Below are positions 51,459 through 62,941 of a stretch of DNA of 64,000 bases, piece after piece. The stretch's first letter is position 1. Every line of letters begins with the position of its first letter. The DNA lies in contig CAVOHZ010000008.1 in NCBI GenBank assembly GCA_963695855.1, positions 192,001 through 256,000 of the forward strand, read 5' to 3'. This DNA comes from an uncultured Nitrososphaerales archaeon. GTDB lineage: Archaea > Thermoproteota > Nitrososphaeria > Nitrososphaerales > Nitrososphaeraceae. The notes beneath the pieces are model-generated. The model had not been told where the DNA came from and did no database searches. It saw only the letters and a program-made list of their open reading frames with translations. Both the position numbers and the translations under genes were made by a program.

Positions 51459-52829
51459 TTGAGCAAAAATAATCAAGCTTTTAAAATACCAGATGAACTA
51501 TTACTTTTTCTTAAAAATGAAACTTATTCGTTATTAATAAAAGGTGAACCTGGTATCGGTAAAACAGCATTATGTCTTGCTATTTTAAGGGAATTGAATA
51601 TTAAAAATAATTTCTTTTACATATCTACTAGAGTTTCTCCAAATAAATTATTTTATTACTTTAAATGGGTAAATAAATACCTTAAAATCAAATCTTCCAA
51701 TCTACATAATAAATCTTCTAAAACTGAAACTACGTTTGGACCATTTTTCGAAGATGCTCGACTGGATGAACCAGAATCTCTATTTGAACGAATTACAAAT
51801 CAACTTATGGACGTACGTGCTCCCTTAATTATTGTCGACAGTTGGGATGGTGTGGCATCTTTTATGGATAGAGAATCCAGATTAAACAACGAACGAGTAT
51901 TACAGACTTGGTTAGAAAGAGCGGGGGGTCGCCTAATATTAGTCGGAGAAGGAACAGCTACATCCACATTGGATTATTTAGTTGATGGGGTCGTGATATT
52001 AAGGAACAAAAATTATTACGGACGAGATCTCAGAGAAATATCTTTAAATAAGTTAAGAGGAGTAAATGTAATAAAAAATTCTTATTTATTCACGCTACAT
52101 GAAGGTATTTTTAAGACATTTGAATCTTATAGAGATCCCTATTCACCGTCGATCCAAATTTCTGAATCTGATTTAGATAAGTCCTCAAATTTGTCTATTG
52201 CTAAGAAATTTAGTTCTGGATATGACATTATCGACAGAGATTTTAATGGTGGTTTTTTAGATAAGTCTGTAGTCCTGATTGAATATGATCCTAGAATTGG
52301 AATTAATGCCGCTATTATTTTTTTATCACAATTTATTAGTGAATCGATGAAAAAATTATACTCCATATTTTTAGACTATAGTTTGAAAAATTCATATAGT
52401 TTATTATTAAATCAGATAATTAAAAATCATGATGATGATTTGATCAGATATATTAATTTCTATAAAAAATCTAGAAATAATTCTGAAAATGATCAGTATG
52501 CTGCAGAAAATATGCAGTCGTATGATTTTATTGATGAGATAGGGAAATTTAAATCACAATCTCCTGCATTTAGTATTATAGATATAGACGGGGATCAAAA
52601 AATAGACCTTGCAGCATTAGAAAGTCTAAAGAATCATATGAATATTGTATTTATGATAAAAACGTTTGATGTTTCAAATAAATATTCTGGTCTAATATTT
52701 CCTGATTTCCATTTTCAACTTGTCTTAATTAATGATGTACTTTGTGTTAATTTACTTCATCCTTTATCAAAAATGTATGTGCTGGAGGTAAACAAAGAAA
52801 AAAATAATGTAAAGTTAATTGAGATTTGA
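51459..52829 (+). CDS. GvpD/RAD55/KaiC-like P-loop ATPase with a degenerate second domain
   Basis: KGEPGIGKT, IVDSWD, LDYLVDGVV and KLRG. Confidence 0.82.
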   Translation: MSKNNQAFKIPDELLLFLKNETYSLLIKGEPGIGKTALCLAILRELNIKNNFFYISTRVSPNKLFYYFKWVNKYLKIKSSNLHNKSSKTETTFGPFFEDARLDEPESLFERITNQLMDVRAPLIIVDSWDGVASFMDRESRLNNERVLQTWLERAGGRLILVGEGTATSTLDYLVDGVVILRNKNYYGRDLREISLNKLRGVNVIKNSYLFTLHEGIFKTFESYRDPYSPSIQISESDLDKSSNLSIAKKFSSGYDIIDRDFNGGFLDKSVVLIEYDPRIGINAAIIFLSQFISESMKKLYSIFLDYSLKNSYSLLLNQIIKNHDDDLIRYINFYKKSRNNSENDQYAAENMQSYDFIDEIGKFKSQSPAFSIIDIDGDQKIDLAALESLKNHMNIVFMIKTFDVSNKYSGLIFPDFHFQLVLINDVLCVNLLHPLSKMYVLEVNKEKNNVKLIEI

Positions 52830-53448
52830 TGAGTGCTGCGATACAGATAAGTCTTTTTATTAAATTTAATATGTGGACCGATTTTAGATCTTTAATTTTT
52901 TAGTTCTTTCTAAAGATGGATGTCAAATAGTTATAGATTTTTAATAAAACAATCCTCTTGGTTGTATCTTATTGATTAATGGAAGACTTGCTCTCAGTTA
53001 GGAATAGATTTTATGAATGAATTTAATGATCTTAAATCTTGTAATTATTGGCAATTTTTTTAAAATTGCCAGACATGAATTGTCTATTAAAACAGTATAA
53101 AATTTATTCCTTCGTATATTTTTATAACTATGGACTAAGGATATCTATCTACCTTATAATATGTTTTTGACCTTTTTAATAAATCGATAATTCTAAGAAA
53201 ATGAATTCCTATTGTACTTATCAGATCATTGAATTGTTTTATTCTATAACTATGTATCATTAATATCAACTACAAAGATATCTCAAGATATCGTTCCAAT
53301 AAATATTTAGATATAACCTTATCTAAATTAAATAATTCAAGACTATTAATATAAGTAATTATTATTTCTTGATGTTTAGATAGAGTTACCAAAAATTATG
53401 TAAATCTTTGACACAAAGCTTCTTTATTTGTAACTTAGCCTTTAAAAA

Positions 53449-53522
53449 TGGGCCGAAAGGGAGTTGAACCCTCGACCTTTCGATTATCAGTCGAACGCTC
53501 CACCAAGCTGAGCTATCGGCCC
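53449..53522 (-). tRNA. tRNA-Ile(GAT)
   Basis: GGGCCGATAGCTCAG...TTCGA CT GAT AA TCGAA...GGTTCAACTCC...TCGGCCCA cloverleaf. Confidence 0.97.
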
Positions 53523-53684
53523 TCTATACAGATTATTATTTTGTTGGTGCTTTATTTCCGAGACAATTTAAATATTTATCTTGTGATTTTTATCTTGTGA
53601 TTTTCTAAAATATAGTCTCTCTTGCAGATAAAATTACTAAAATTTATATGAATAATAATGCATTTAAGACTATAAAATTGTAAT

Positions 53685-54515
53685 ATGATATTATTAATGA
53701 AAGATAAGATCCGTAACATCGCTATAATTACAAAAAATCGAAATGATCTTGCAGCTGAATTCGAGAAACGCATCACAAAAGTTTTGTTGGAAAAAAATAT
53801 CAAAGTATATTCATTTCCTCCTTTCGAAATATCTGGTACTCCTACAATACCTTTAAATTTTAAATCTGTTGAAGACGTTGATCTTATTATTTGTCTTGGT
53901 GGCGATGGAACTACTTTACGTGCATTTAGATTTTATCCAAGCAATATTCCCGTATTTAGTATTAATGTTGGCGGTACTAAAGGTATCTTATCAGAAATTA
54001 AAGTTGATTTAATTAGCAGTGCAATTGATGCACTTATAAAAGGTGATTATTTCTATGATGAAAGGTTAAGAATTCAAGTTTCTTCTGAAAACCAATTATT
54101 CCCTCCTGCATTAAATGATGTATTATTACTCAGGTCAAATCTTACACGAACACCGACATTTACTATAAAATATCGTGGAGACAAGATAGTTCAACGTATG
54201 GACGGAATCTTGATATCTACTCCGACAGGCTCTACAGGACATTGTGTATCTTTGGGTGGTCCAATCGTGCACGAGGAACTATATTGTTTAATTATCAATC
54301 CTATAGCCTCTATCAACAAGTTACCACAATTCATAATCCCTCCAGATGATATAGAAATCATTTGTAATAACAATGTAGACTTGATAGTGGATGGGCAAGA
54401 CAGATATTTAGTAGACGCAGAAGAACCAATTACCATAAAAAGATATGAAATTAATGCTAGATTTATTCGATTAAGAAAAAAAGGGTTAAGGCAACTTGAA
54501 AAACTCGGATTCTGA
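53685..54515 (+). CDS. nadK: NAD(+) kinase
   Basis: GGDGT, LND and DGILISTPTGSTG. Confidence 0.93.
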   Translation: MILLMKDKIRNIAIITKNRNDLAAEFEKRITKVLLEKNIKVYSFPPFEISGTPTIPLNFKSVEDVDLIICLGGDGTTLRAFRFYPSNIPVFSINVGGTKGILSEIKVDLISSAIDALIKGDYFYDERLRIQVSSENQLFPPALNDVLLLRSNLTRTPTFTIKYRGDKIVQRMDGILISTPTGSTGHCVSLGGPIVHEELYCLIINPIASINKLPQFIIPPDDIEIICNNNVDLIVDGQDRYLVDAEEPITIKRYEINARFIRLRKKGLRQLEKLGF

Positions 54516-54993
54516 AGCATTTGTATTGGATTCTAGTGCTTTTTATTCTGGATTTCATCTTTCAAATGTTAAAAAATATTACACTACTCCATTGATCCTT
54601 GATGAAGTTCGTCATTTAACGAATTTGACTTCGAGTTATGATGCGTTAATTATTTCAGAATCATTGTTCGAACTGGAACCAAATGTTAAATCCGTTTCAA
54701 TGACGAGAACTACTGCCTTTAGTTCTGGAGACATTGATAGACTTTCTGATGCGGATATTTCAATTATTTCTCTATCTTATCAATTAGGCTATCCATTAGT
54801 TTCAGATGATTATTGTGTTCAAAATGTATCGAAGATCATGGGTATTAAGATCATTTCTCTAGGTATATCTGAAATCTCAAAAATCCGGAAATGGATTAAT
54901 TTTTGTAAAACTTGTGGTAAAGGTTATTCACCTAAAATAACTGAATGTACAATTTGTGGTAACAAAACTAGAAGAAGATATAAAAATAGGTAA
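54496..54993 (+). CDS. nob1: Nob1-like PIN endonuclease with a Zn ribbon
   Basis: VLDSSAF, LSDADIS, SDDY.VQNV and CKTC/CTICG. Confidence 0.88.
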   Translation: MKNSDSEAFVLDSSAFYSGFHLSNVKKYYTTPLILDEVRHLTNLTSSYDALIISESLFELEPNVKSVSMTRTTAFSSGDIDRLSDADISIISLSYQLGYPLVSDDYCVQNVSKIMGIKIISLGISEISKIRKWINFCKTCGKGYSPKITECTICGNKTRRRYKNR

Positions 54994-55119
54994 TTTGATA
55001 TTTTAAATATTCTAGAACTTGAATTAAAGTTTCTTGTTTTTAAGGCATTGTTATGACTTCCATGGGAGCGGATAAGAAGAAAATATTAGCATACGATTTT
55101 TCTATAATATTTTTTCTAG

Positions 55120-57009
55120 TTGATTTATTTATTAGAATATAATCTTCTTATTTGTCTGCAGTTGGTAAGTTTCTCTATAATAAAAAACAATTTTTCTTTT
55201 CTTTTGATAATTATAATAATCGGTATTGGTTTTCTTTCCATAATATCCTATCAGTCGGCTTCATTTACTGCAGATGAGATAAAAAAGATTGCTCAGGACG
55301 ATATCCGTTCTAATGCAAGAATACAGACTTATGACCTTTCAAGGATTCTTGTTCATAGTTTAGACTCGATTATTTCAAATCTAGAACTCTTAACTTCTTC
55401 CCCCTTGATTTTGCAAAACGATCTTGACCAGATTCAAAACCTTCTTTATACTGCACAGCTATCAACCTTGAAAATAACTGATGCGTATTATTGGATGGAT
55501 ATTAATGGTAGGATAGTTAGCTCTAGCAAAATATATCAAGGAGAAGACCTCAATACAAATCTAAACCTTCAAAATCAACCTTTTTTTCTATACCCAAAGA
55601 AGACACTATCTCCTTACTACAGTACTTCAATCAAGTCAGAAGATAGTCCTTCCTCTTTTTTATACATTTCATACCCTTTATTAAAACAACAAATATTAAA
55701 ACATCAAAATGAAACCTATAGCATAAGACAGACATTTGATGGGGTAATTGTTGCCGCAATAAGTGTAAAATCCTTAGGTATATTTTTACAAAATGAAATG
55801 GTGTCTTCTATTATCGGTAATGTTGGTTTAATGGATAGAAATGGTGTGATAATCTATGCTAGAAATCAGGCTCTAATAGGCAACAATTATCTTTCCACTG
55901 AATTTCAATCTTTAATTCCAGAGAATCTCAGGGGAGATTATAATAGTATTCTTAAGAAAGGTCTTGAAGGAAAATCCCTTGCGGAAGATTTAGTGTATAA
56001 TGGAACTACAGTAACCTTATCATACGAACCAATAGTAATTAGTGATAAATACCTGTGGACATTATATGTTAGTTTTCCACATCAGCTTGCCAGTAACGTA
56101 GGATCTCTGATAGCTCAACAAAATAATTTCAGTACTCTGATAGTTGTAATCACTGGGTCAGTCACCGTTGGAATAATATATCTAATTCTTTCCTGGAACA
56201 GGCGATTAGAGGGAGAAGTTAGTACTAGAACGTCACAATTAGAAAATATCAATCTGTCTTTGGTGGAGTCAAATAGGCTTTTGGAAGAAGCTAATGAACA
56301 GCTAAAGGTACACGATAAAATGCAAAAAGAATTCATTAACATTGCAGCTCATGAATTACGAACCCCTATAATGCCTATTCTAGGAGAGGTCGAGTTAATA
56401 GAAGAAGACCTTGATCCTGAGGACAAGACTGTAACAGTTCAAGAAGAACAAATTAAATTAATCATTAGGAATGCAAAACGGTTAGATAGATTAGCTTCTG
56501 ACATCCTCGACGTAACTAGGATCGAAAGCAATTCTTTAGTCCTTCAAAAAGATTACTTTGATCTTAATGATATTCTTTCTGATTCCATCAAAGATATCCA
56601 GAAGCGTATATCTTCCGGAGATGGTATTGCCAAAAATATTAAAGCTATCTATCAGCCAATTAATGTGAAGATTTTTGGAGATAAGGAGAGGATAAACCAA
56701 GTAATTAGTAATTTATTGAGTAACGCATTGAAATTTACAGAAAAAGGTTTTATTAAAATCAGTGTTACTAAGAAAGATCAGGATGTACTTATTAGTGTTG
56801 AAGATACGGGCACTGGAATAGATGCGGAGATTTATCCTCGTCTATTTTGTAAATTTGCTACAAAGTCTGATAAAGGTACTGGATTGGGTCTGTATATTTC
56901 TAAAAATATAGTTGATGCACATCACGGTAAAATATGGGCTCAGAACAATCCTAACGGCAGAGGAGCTACTTTTTTCTTCAAGCTTCCACTAGATGATAAA
57001 ACTGGTTAA
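55120..57009 (+). CDS. membrane sensor histidine kinase with an extracellular Cache-like region
   Basis: Two TM segments; AHELRTP, NLLSNA, DTGTGI and GTGLGL. Confidence 0.92.
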   Translation: MIYLLEYNLLICLQLVSFSIIKNNFSFLLIIIIIGIGFLSIISYQSASFTADEIKKIAQDDIRSNARIQTYDLSRILVHSLDSIISNLELLTSSPLILQNDLDQIQNLLYTAQLSTLKITDAYYWMDINGRIVSSSKIYQGEDLNTNLNLQNQPFFLYPKKTLSPYYSTSIKSEDSPSSFLYISYPLLKQQILKHQNETYSIRQTFDGVIVAAISVKSLGIFLQNEMVSSIIGNVGLMDRNGVIIYARNQALIGNNYLSTEFQSLIPENLRGDYNSILKKGLEGKSLAEDLVYNGTTVTLSYEPIVISDKYLWTLYVSFPHQLASNVGSLIAQQNNFSTLIVVITGSVTVGIIYLILSWNRRLEGEVSTRTSQLENINLSLVESNRLLEEANEQLKVHDKMQKEFINIAAHELRTPIMPILGEVELIEEDLDPEDKTVTVQEEQIKLIIRNAKRLDRLASDILDVTRIESNSLVLQKDYFDLNDILSDSIKDIQKRISSGDGIAKNIKAIYQPINVKIFGDKERINQVISNLLSNALKFTEKGFIKISVTKKDQDVLISVEDTGTGIDAEIYPRLFCKFATKSDKGTGLGLYISKNIVDAHHGKIWAQNNPNGRGATFFFKLPLDDKTG

Positions 57010-57236
57010 TGTTTAAGAAATTTTTAGGTTTTCATTTTTATACTTTGATTTAAAAACAATATAATATTTTTATCTTTAAAAATCTTTCAATAACAAGATA
57101 TATCAAATTTCAATTATACTCTTATCTGCATTAATCTTCTAATATTATTTTTCATATTATTTTCCATTCAAATATAATCACAGATTGCTATGGATTGAAC
57201 TATCCATAATCAAATATATTTATTTAGAACTAGATA

Positions 57237-57713
57237 TTGCAAGCAAAAATGAATTTACAGATTTTATTTATAAGTGGGCTTGTTTGTACATTCATTTTTC
57301 TATCATCATTTACAAAATTTGCATTTGCTGAGGATTTTCCCGTTATTTTCGCATATGTAGAACAGTATCTTCCATCGAAATACAGCCAATCACATCTCTC
57401 ATTCATGATAAATAATGCATTGGGTGGTTCAGCTTCATACGTTTCTAATAGTGAATCCCATGAAACATTTAAAGAACAGTATCTTCCATCGAAATACAGC
57501 CAATCACATCTCTCATTCATGATAAATAATGCATTGGGTGGTTCAGCTTCATACGTTTCTAATAGTGAATCCCATGAAACATTTAAAGAACAATTCATCT
57601 CAATTGAATCGTTGGACGATAATAATAAAATGATCTTTGAAGATCCATCTCAAGAATTAACGTCTCTTAGTACTAATAGTGCACCATTTATTCTTCCAGT
57701 ACCCTTTCCCTAA
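57237..57713 (+). CDS. secreted hypothetical protein with an exact 114-bp internal duplication
   Basis: Signal peptide; a 38-aa unit x2 (57360-57592); C-terminal PFILPVPFP. Confidence 0.7.
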   Translation: MQAKMNLQILFISGLVCTFIFLSSFTKFAFAEDFPVIFAYVEQYLPSKYSQSHLSFMINNALGGSASYVSNSESHETFKEQYLPSKYSQSHLSFMINNALGGSASYVSNSESHETFKEQFISIESLDDNNKMIFEDPSQELTSLSTNSAPFILPVPFP

Positions 57714-57796
57714 TATATTTTAGGGCAGTTAAAAATAGAAACAAATTGAATATAACTATTAAGAATATATATCTGAATTGTATTTTTTTTGATATT

Positions 57797-57871
57797 GCGA
57801 GGTTAGCCTAGGCCGGTTAGGGTACGAGCTTCCCAAGCTCGGGGTCGCGGGTTCAAATCCCGCATCTCGCA
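57797..57871 (+). tRNA. tRNA-Gly(CCC)
   Basis: GCGAGGT...CGAGC TT CCC AA GCTCG...GGTTCAAATCC...ATCTCGCA. Confidence 0.96.
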
Positions 57872-58108
57872 TATCGCAAAATAAACAACATGTTCATAAT
57901 CATCCTAAATAATCAAAGCTTTTTTTCTTTTAACCAAAGTCGATATTTTTAAGTATTACTAACAAGTAAAATACAAAAATATAGACGGGTGTAAGTATAA
58001 TTAAGTTCCTCTAGTTGTATTTAAATTTAAAATAATATAACTCAAAGTGAAATTTGATATTATTTTTGATAACTTTTTAGACATATTTTAATCTATCATA
58101 CCACGAAT

Positions 58109-58216
58109 CATATGTTAGCTTACATCTCCTAACAGATAGTTTTTTATATCTAGATCAAATATTTTCTTCTAAGATATTTACATATTTTATTTCTGAAACC
58201 TGTAGCTGATGAATAG
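58109..58216 (-). mobile_element. degenerate 3' end of an IS630 element
   Basis: CATATGTTAGCTTACATCTCCTAACAGATAGT...GATGAATAG is homologous to 26171-26279. Confidence 0.7.
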
Positions 58217-59194
58217 GCTGTTAAATGGTTTGGAGTACAAGAAGGAAAACGTGCTAGAATACATGCTGAGAACGATTCTCAAATTTTTAATAATGACTTT
58301 CCCGGTTTGATCATACTTGTAAAAACAACTGTTATTGTTGCTGTAGGTTCATATGCATTATACAAAATTTTAATAAACAGAAGAAAGTCCCATCATTCCA
58401 AATCAAAAAAATAATAATAATAATTTAGTCAATTGATAAAAAAAATTTAGAAATCACATCCTAGTACTGATATCAATTGCATTTTTGAGTCCATAAGAAA
58501 AGCCCTGAATTTTCAAATTATTTTTTTGCGAATTAAATTGAAAAGAATTATTGTGCTTTATTAAGATTGTCAATATAAATAGAAATATGTCCTAGCATAT
58601 TAAACTAGATTATATGGTTTCCAAGAGAAGATATGGCAAACCAATTGTAATAGATAAAATTTCTCAAATAATTAAAACAGATCGGCATTTATTTTTATAG
58701 ATGATGTCATATAGGTTTATGCTGAAACACAATTCATTATTACGTAAAATTCCAAATCGGATACAATATCAAATATCACAAAATATCCTTTTAATCTGTT
58801 ACTGTTGTGTAGCAATTATAGATTAATGCCTATAGCGATGCAAAATAACAGTGTAATGTTTTAGTAATTAAGAAAATAATATTTAAAAAGTATTTTTATA
58901 TTTAATCATGTATAACAAATAAGAAGAAATTTTAGTTTCTTATTTTGTCTATTATACTCATTAACATTACTCTATCTGTTTTAACGTGATTTAGACATCA
59001 TTATTATTTCTATTTCTTTTTTGTGTATTACAGTGTGTTTAATTCTGTGATTACAATGGGGTAGTTAATTGATTCATAGTTTTTGTTTGTTTGTTCACAT
59101 CTAGTGATGCTTAAGAACTAATAAGAAGAACAAGGAAAAAAAGTTAAACTCTCAGTATAATAAATCATTATATGTATGTTTTCGTACATACACT

Positions 59195-59644
59195 ATGATG
59201 ATCAGGGTTAGTTTATCTAATATTCATTTTTCTCGTTGTAGCAGTAATGATAAGAATAATGCTGACTTTGAAGAAAATAAGCACTTGGAGTCATCAAAAG
59301 ACACTGTGACTAAAAACATTATATTTAATGATTTATGCCCCATTTGGTCTAAAAAACTATCTTCAGGATTGGATAGAGTGGATAAATTCATGATTGAGCG
59401 GGATTCAAAGTATTGTGTTGTAGGTGAAGCGTGGAAATTTTCAGGAAAATATACCGGATATTATTTAGCATTTTTAATTCCGCTTGTTGGATGCTGGACG
59501 TGTATACAGTACGCACGTAAATTTGCAAAGATTTCAAAGAATAAAAATATAAAAGAAGATGTAACAAGAAGCGATTTTGAACCTTTAATTGAATATTTTA
59601 TAAACCATTGGAATGAAAAACATATTAATAAAATAAAAATATAA
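59195..59644 (+). CDS. conserved hypothetical Cys/His protein
   Basis: LCPIWS, CVVGEAW, CWTC and HWNEKH. Confidence 0.7.
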   Translation: MMIRVSLSNIHFSRCSSNDKNNADFEENKHLESSKDTVTKNIIFNDLCPIWSKKLSSGLDRVDKFMIERDSKYCVVGEAWKFSGKYTGYYLAFLIPLVGCWTCIQYARKFAKISKNKNIKEDVTRSDFEPLIEYFINHWNEKHINKIKI

Positions 59645-61032
59645 AAAATAAAGGATAATACAAAGTAAGAAAATAAAAATGCTGTAGTAGGTTAATACAT
59701 ATGATAACTACAATGATCATACCCAAAGAAGGAATAAATGAATGTTTGAATGACCTTATTCTTATAGAAGGTTCGATTGGTATAAAGAGAAAGTTCAAAA
59801 AATGGTTATTTAAAATGTTTTTGTTAGAAATATTACGAAATATTTTTATGTTGATTCTTTGAGGATTAAATTAATAGTTATACTCATTCACCCTAGCCCC
59901 AAGATTTTACTATTAAAGTTAAAATGCAAAGAGAGAACATGTACCATAATTTTCAATGTACCTATTATAACAGATATTCATGAATAATGGTTCCAAATCA
60001 ATATTATGAATCAATACTAGAATTTTTGGTATCGAAACTTATGGTAATAAATACGGATTATTTCTAGTTAAATTTCTATAATATTATAAATCGATCAGTT
60101 TCTAAAAAAATTAAAAATATTAAAAAAAGTATTTAATATATACAAATCATGAAGAATGAGAAATCTGCAATACTTGTACAACAACGATGACGATGAAGCA
60201 ATGGATAAAGCCTTAAATAATAAAAAAGTAGATCACCCAAAATAATTAGGCGGCTACTCCCTATCAATACTGGACCTGTATTCCAATATCTTGAAAGACC
60301 ATATTATAACGAGTTTTTCCATTAACCTGGATCGTTTGCTTATTTAGAAAAGGCTTTGTAATCAAAATGTAGATCATTGTATTGGAATTACAAATTCAAT
60401 AAGTTTTTTTTTCCGAACTCAAAATACCCGAACCCAAGAAAATTATTGACCCGGTAGGGTAACATCGATATTCATAAACAGAAGGGAAATGTACTATGAA
60501 TATAACGAAATAGCTGTCTACCGTTGTTGCTGCATTTGATAACGTGATTATAGTTATAATTTTTTCTGTGACTGATATTTATTGACAGACAAAAGCGAGT
60601 ACTTTTTTAGATTGTTATTCTGAAAACACGGCTATTCTTGTGTTCATTAGTATCTACGACATCATCTCGTTTCCATGATTTTTGCAACCAAAATATAAGA
60701 TAAAATTATCCGAAAATTATCTGGGTTACTGCCTGGGCTTGATGTTATGAAGGAATCGAATTTTCTGAAAAAGAAAAAAGAAAAGATATCGAGTTTAAAC
60801 ATGAATTTAATTTTACTAAATATCTTAATTAATTTAATTACAAAGATCATAGCGATATGCTATTTTTAGTAATTATGGTGTAGATTTATTAAATTACAAA
60901 ATCGTTATCATATATATTATAAAATATATGAATACTGGATCCAAGTTTAAAGATGAATCATAAAATAAACCATAAATTCAGATACAAAAATCATAGGAAA
61001 TACTATATATATATATTTAGATTGGATATTGA

Positions 61033-62430
61033 TTGTATGAGATATCAATGTATGATGGTGGATCAGATCATCTAGGAGTTGAAGATCTAAAAGTCATACA
61101 TGATTCTAATGTTATTATGAAAAAATATATAGAAATTCTAAAGTCAGCTGCCAGTGAAATACATTGGACCTATCACAATAGTAATACAATTTCTTATCGG
61201 AGAAGCGGAATATTCGAAATATTAAGATCTCTTAAAAAGAGCATTAGAGTTCAAATGTTAATCCAAAAAACTGAGTCTAATAAATCAATTAATCCAGAAA
61301 TAGACAATAAATATAACAAGAGTATAGAAGTTAGAGTAATAGAGGGAATTCCAACTTCTTCTGCTGCTTCATTCTTTGTGGTTGATAGAAGTTTAGTATT
61401 CATAGTCATATTAAAAAATAATATTAGTAATAACTTTTCTGAAAATATTGATTCTGCGATTCTTACTACTAGAAGCTATATCGTTGCTTCTTATCATTAT
61501 ATATTTGATTTACTCTGGCATCAAACAGATTTACATCAACACATACAAGAAAAGAATTTGCAACTAGAAAGAAAAAATGAAGAATTAATTGATCTTTATT
61601 CTGACTTGCATATGTCATTTGAGGCTCTTGCTAAAACAAATAAGAATCTCCAATCAGCCTATAAAGAGATTGAAATACAAAAGAACAAACAAATAGAGTT
61701 CTTCAACATGGCAGCTCACGAACTTAGAACCCCTACTCAGTCAATTATAGGATATATTGAAATGATAAAGAATTTTCCACATAACCTTCCAAAATATCTT
61801 GAACCATTAGATAGAAATTTAAACAGACTTTACAGATTGACAGAAGACCTTTTTTATATAGCAAAAATAGAAAGCGATAATCTAAATTTATATAAGAGAA
61901 ATTTTGATATTATTCAATTAGTAAATGAAACACTGACAGATTTCATCAGTGAGCCCGACAGTAAAAATAATAATAACGATTTTAAATTATTACTATGTTA
62001 CAATGATTATGATTATCATATCCATAATAAGGACAAAATAAATGATAACAATAAATTAGATAAAAAAGGAAAACAATTATTTGTAAATGCTGATAGAGAC
62101 AGAATACAACAAGTTTTATATAATTTATTAAATAATTCAAATAGATTTACAGAAAATGGTAACATTATTATCAAAATAAGAAAACAAGAATCAGATAATG
62201 ATGAAATATCAGTAAGTATACAGGATAACGGTAAGGGAATCGATCCTGAAATATTGCCAAGACTATTTACAAAATTTACGAGTACTTCTAAATATGAGGG
62301 TGGAACTGGACTTGGTTTATACATATCAAAGAAGATTATTGAAGAACATGGTGGCAAAATATGGGGTAGAAATAACCCTAACGGTATGGGTCAAGGTGCA
62401 GAATTTGGCTTTTTATTGCCATTGGTCTAA
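61033..62430 (+). CDS. cytoplasmic sensor histidine kinase
   Basis: AHELRTP, NLLNNS, DNGKGI and GTGLGL. Confidence 0.92.
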   Translation: MYEISMYDGGSDHLGVEDLKVIHDSNVIMKKYIEILKSAASEIHWTYHNSNTISYRRSGIFEILRSLKKSIRVQMLIQKTESNKSINPEIDNKYNKSIEVRVIEGIPTSSAASFFVVDRSLVFIVILKNNISNNFSENIDSAILTTRSYIVASYHYIFDLLWHQTDLHQHIQEKNLQLERKNEELIDLYSDLHMSFEALAKTNKNLQSAYKEIEIQKNKQIEFFNMAAHELRTPTQSIIGYIEMIKNFPHNLPKYLEPLDRNLNRLYRLTEDLFYIAKIESDNLNLYKRNFDIIQLVNETLTDFISEPDSKNNNNDFKLLLCYNDYDYHIHNKDKINDNNKLDKKGKQLFVNADRDRIQQVLYNLLNNSNRFTENGNIIIKIRKQESDNDEISVSIQDNGKGIDPEILPRLFTKFTSTSKYEGGTGLGLYISKKIIEEHGGKIWGRNNPNGMGQGAEFGFLLPLV

Positions 62431-62511
62431 CCAATTGAGTAAAAAATAATAATTTCGCTATTTTGCACACAGTTAGTATGTATAAATAAGATAAATGTAA
62501 CTGACCAAAAA

Positions 62512-62850
62512 TTATAAGTTCCTCTTTAGAAGTTTGTTATATCTCTCTCGAGCTTCATTTACACGTTCTTCGAATGGGACAATACCTGTACTTGAAAGAT
62601 TCTCTAACAATCCCATTTTTTTATAAAGAATAGTTATTATCCTTCTTTCAATGATTAATTTGCCACCATCTATTACATGATTTAATGCTTCGTCAAGTAG
62701 ATATGGTTTATCAGCTGTTTTGGTAATATCAACAGAGTATTTATGTGCTAAATAATCTGTTACTATTTTTGAGACAATATCACCCAATATTTTTATCGCA
62801 TTACCTACAGATTCTGCATAAACTTCTTCAAAGGAAATATTTTTAGACAT
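62512..62850 (-). CDS. small helical protein downstream of the KaiC-like gene (DUF3227-like)
   Basis: AIKILG...YL...ALNHVIDGGKLIIERRII..LY..MG pattern. Confidence 0.65.
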   Translation of the reverse strand: MSKNISFEEVYAESVGNAIKILGDIVSKIVTDYLAHKYSVDITKTADKPYLLDEALNHVIDGGKLIIERRIITILYKKMGLLENLSSTGIVPFEERVNEARERYNKLLKRNL

Positions 62851-62941
62851 GAATCATAAATCACTTATTTTAAGTTAGATTCATTAGCAGTCAAAGTTAC
62901 TGAGAATATTGAAACTTTATTTTTTGTTCTTGTTAATATTA

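Noticed and set aside
57797-58420. Integrated element at tRNA-Gly
   Set aside because: Only an IS630 scrap and a gene fragment follow; no duplicated tRNA-Gly 3' end or integrase was seen
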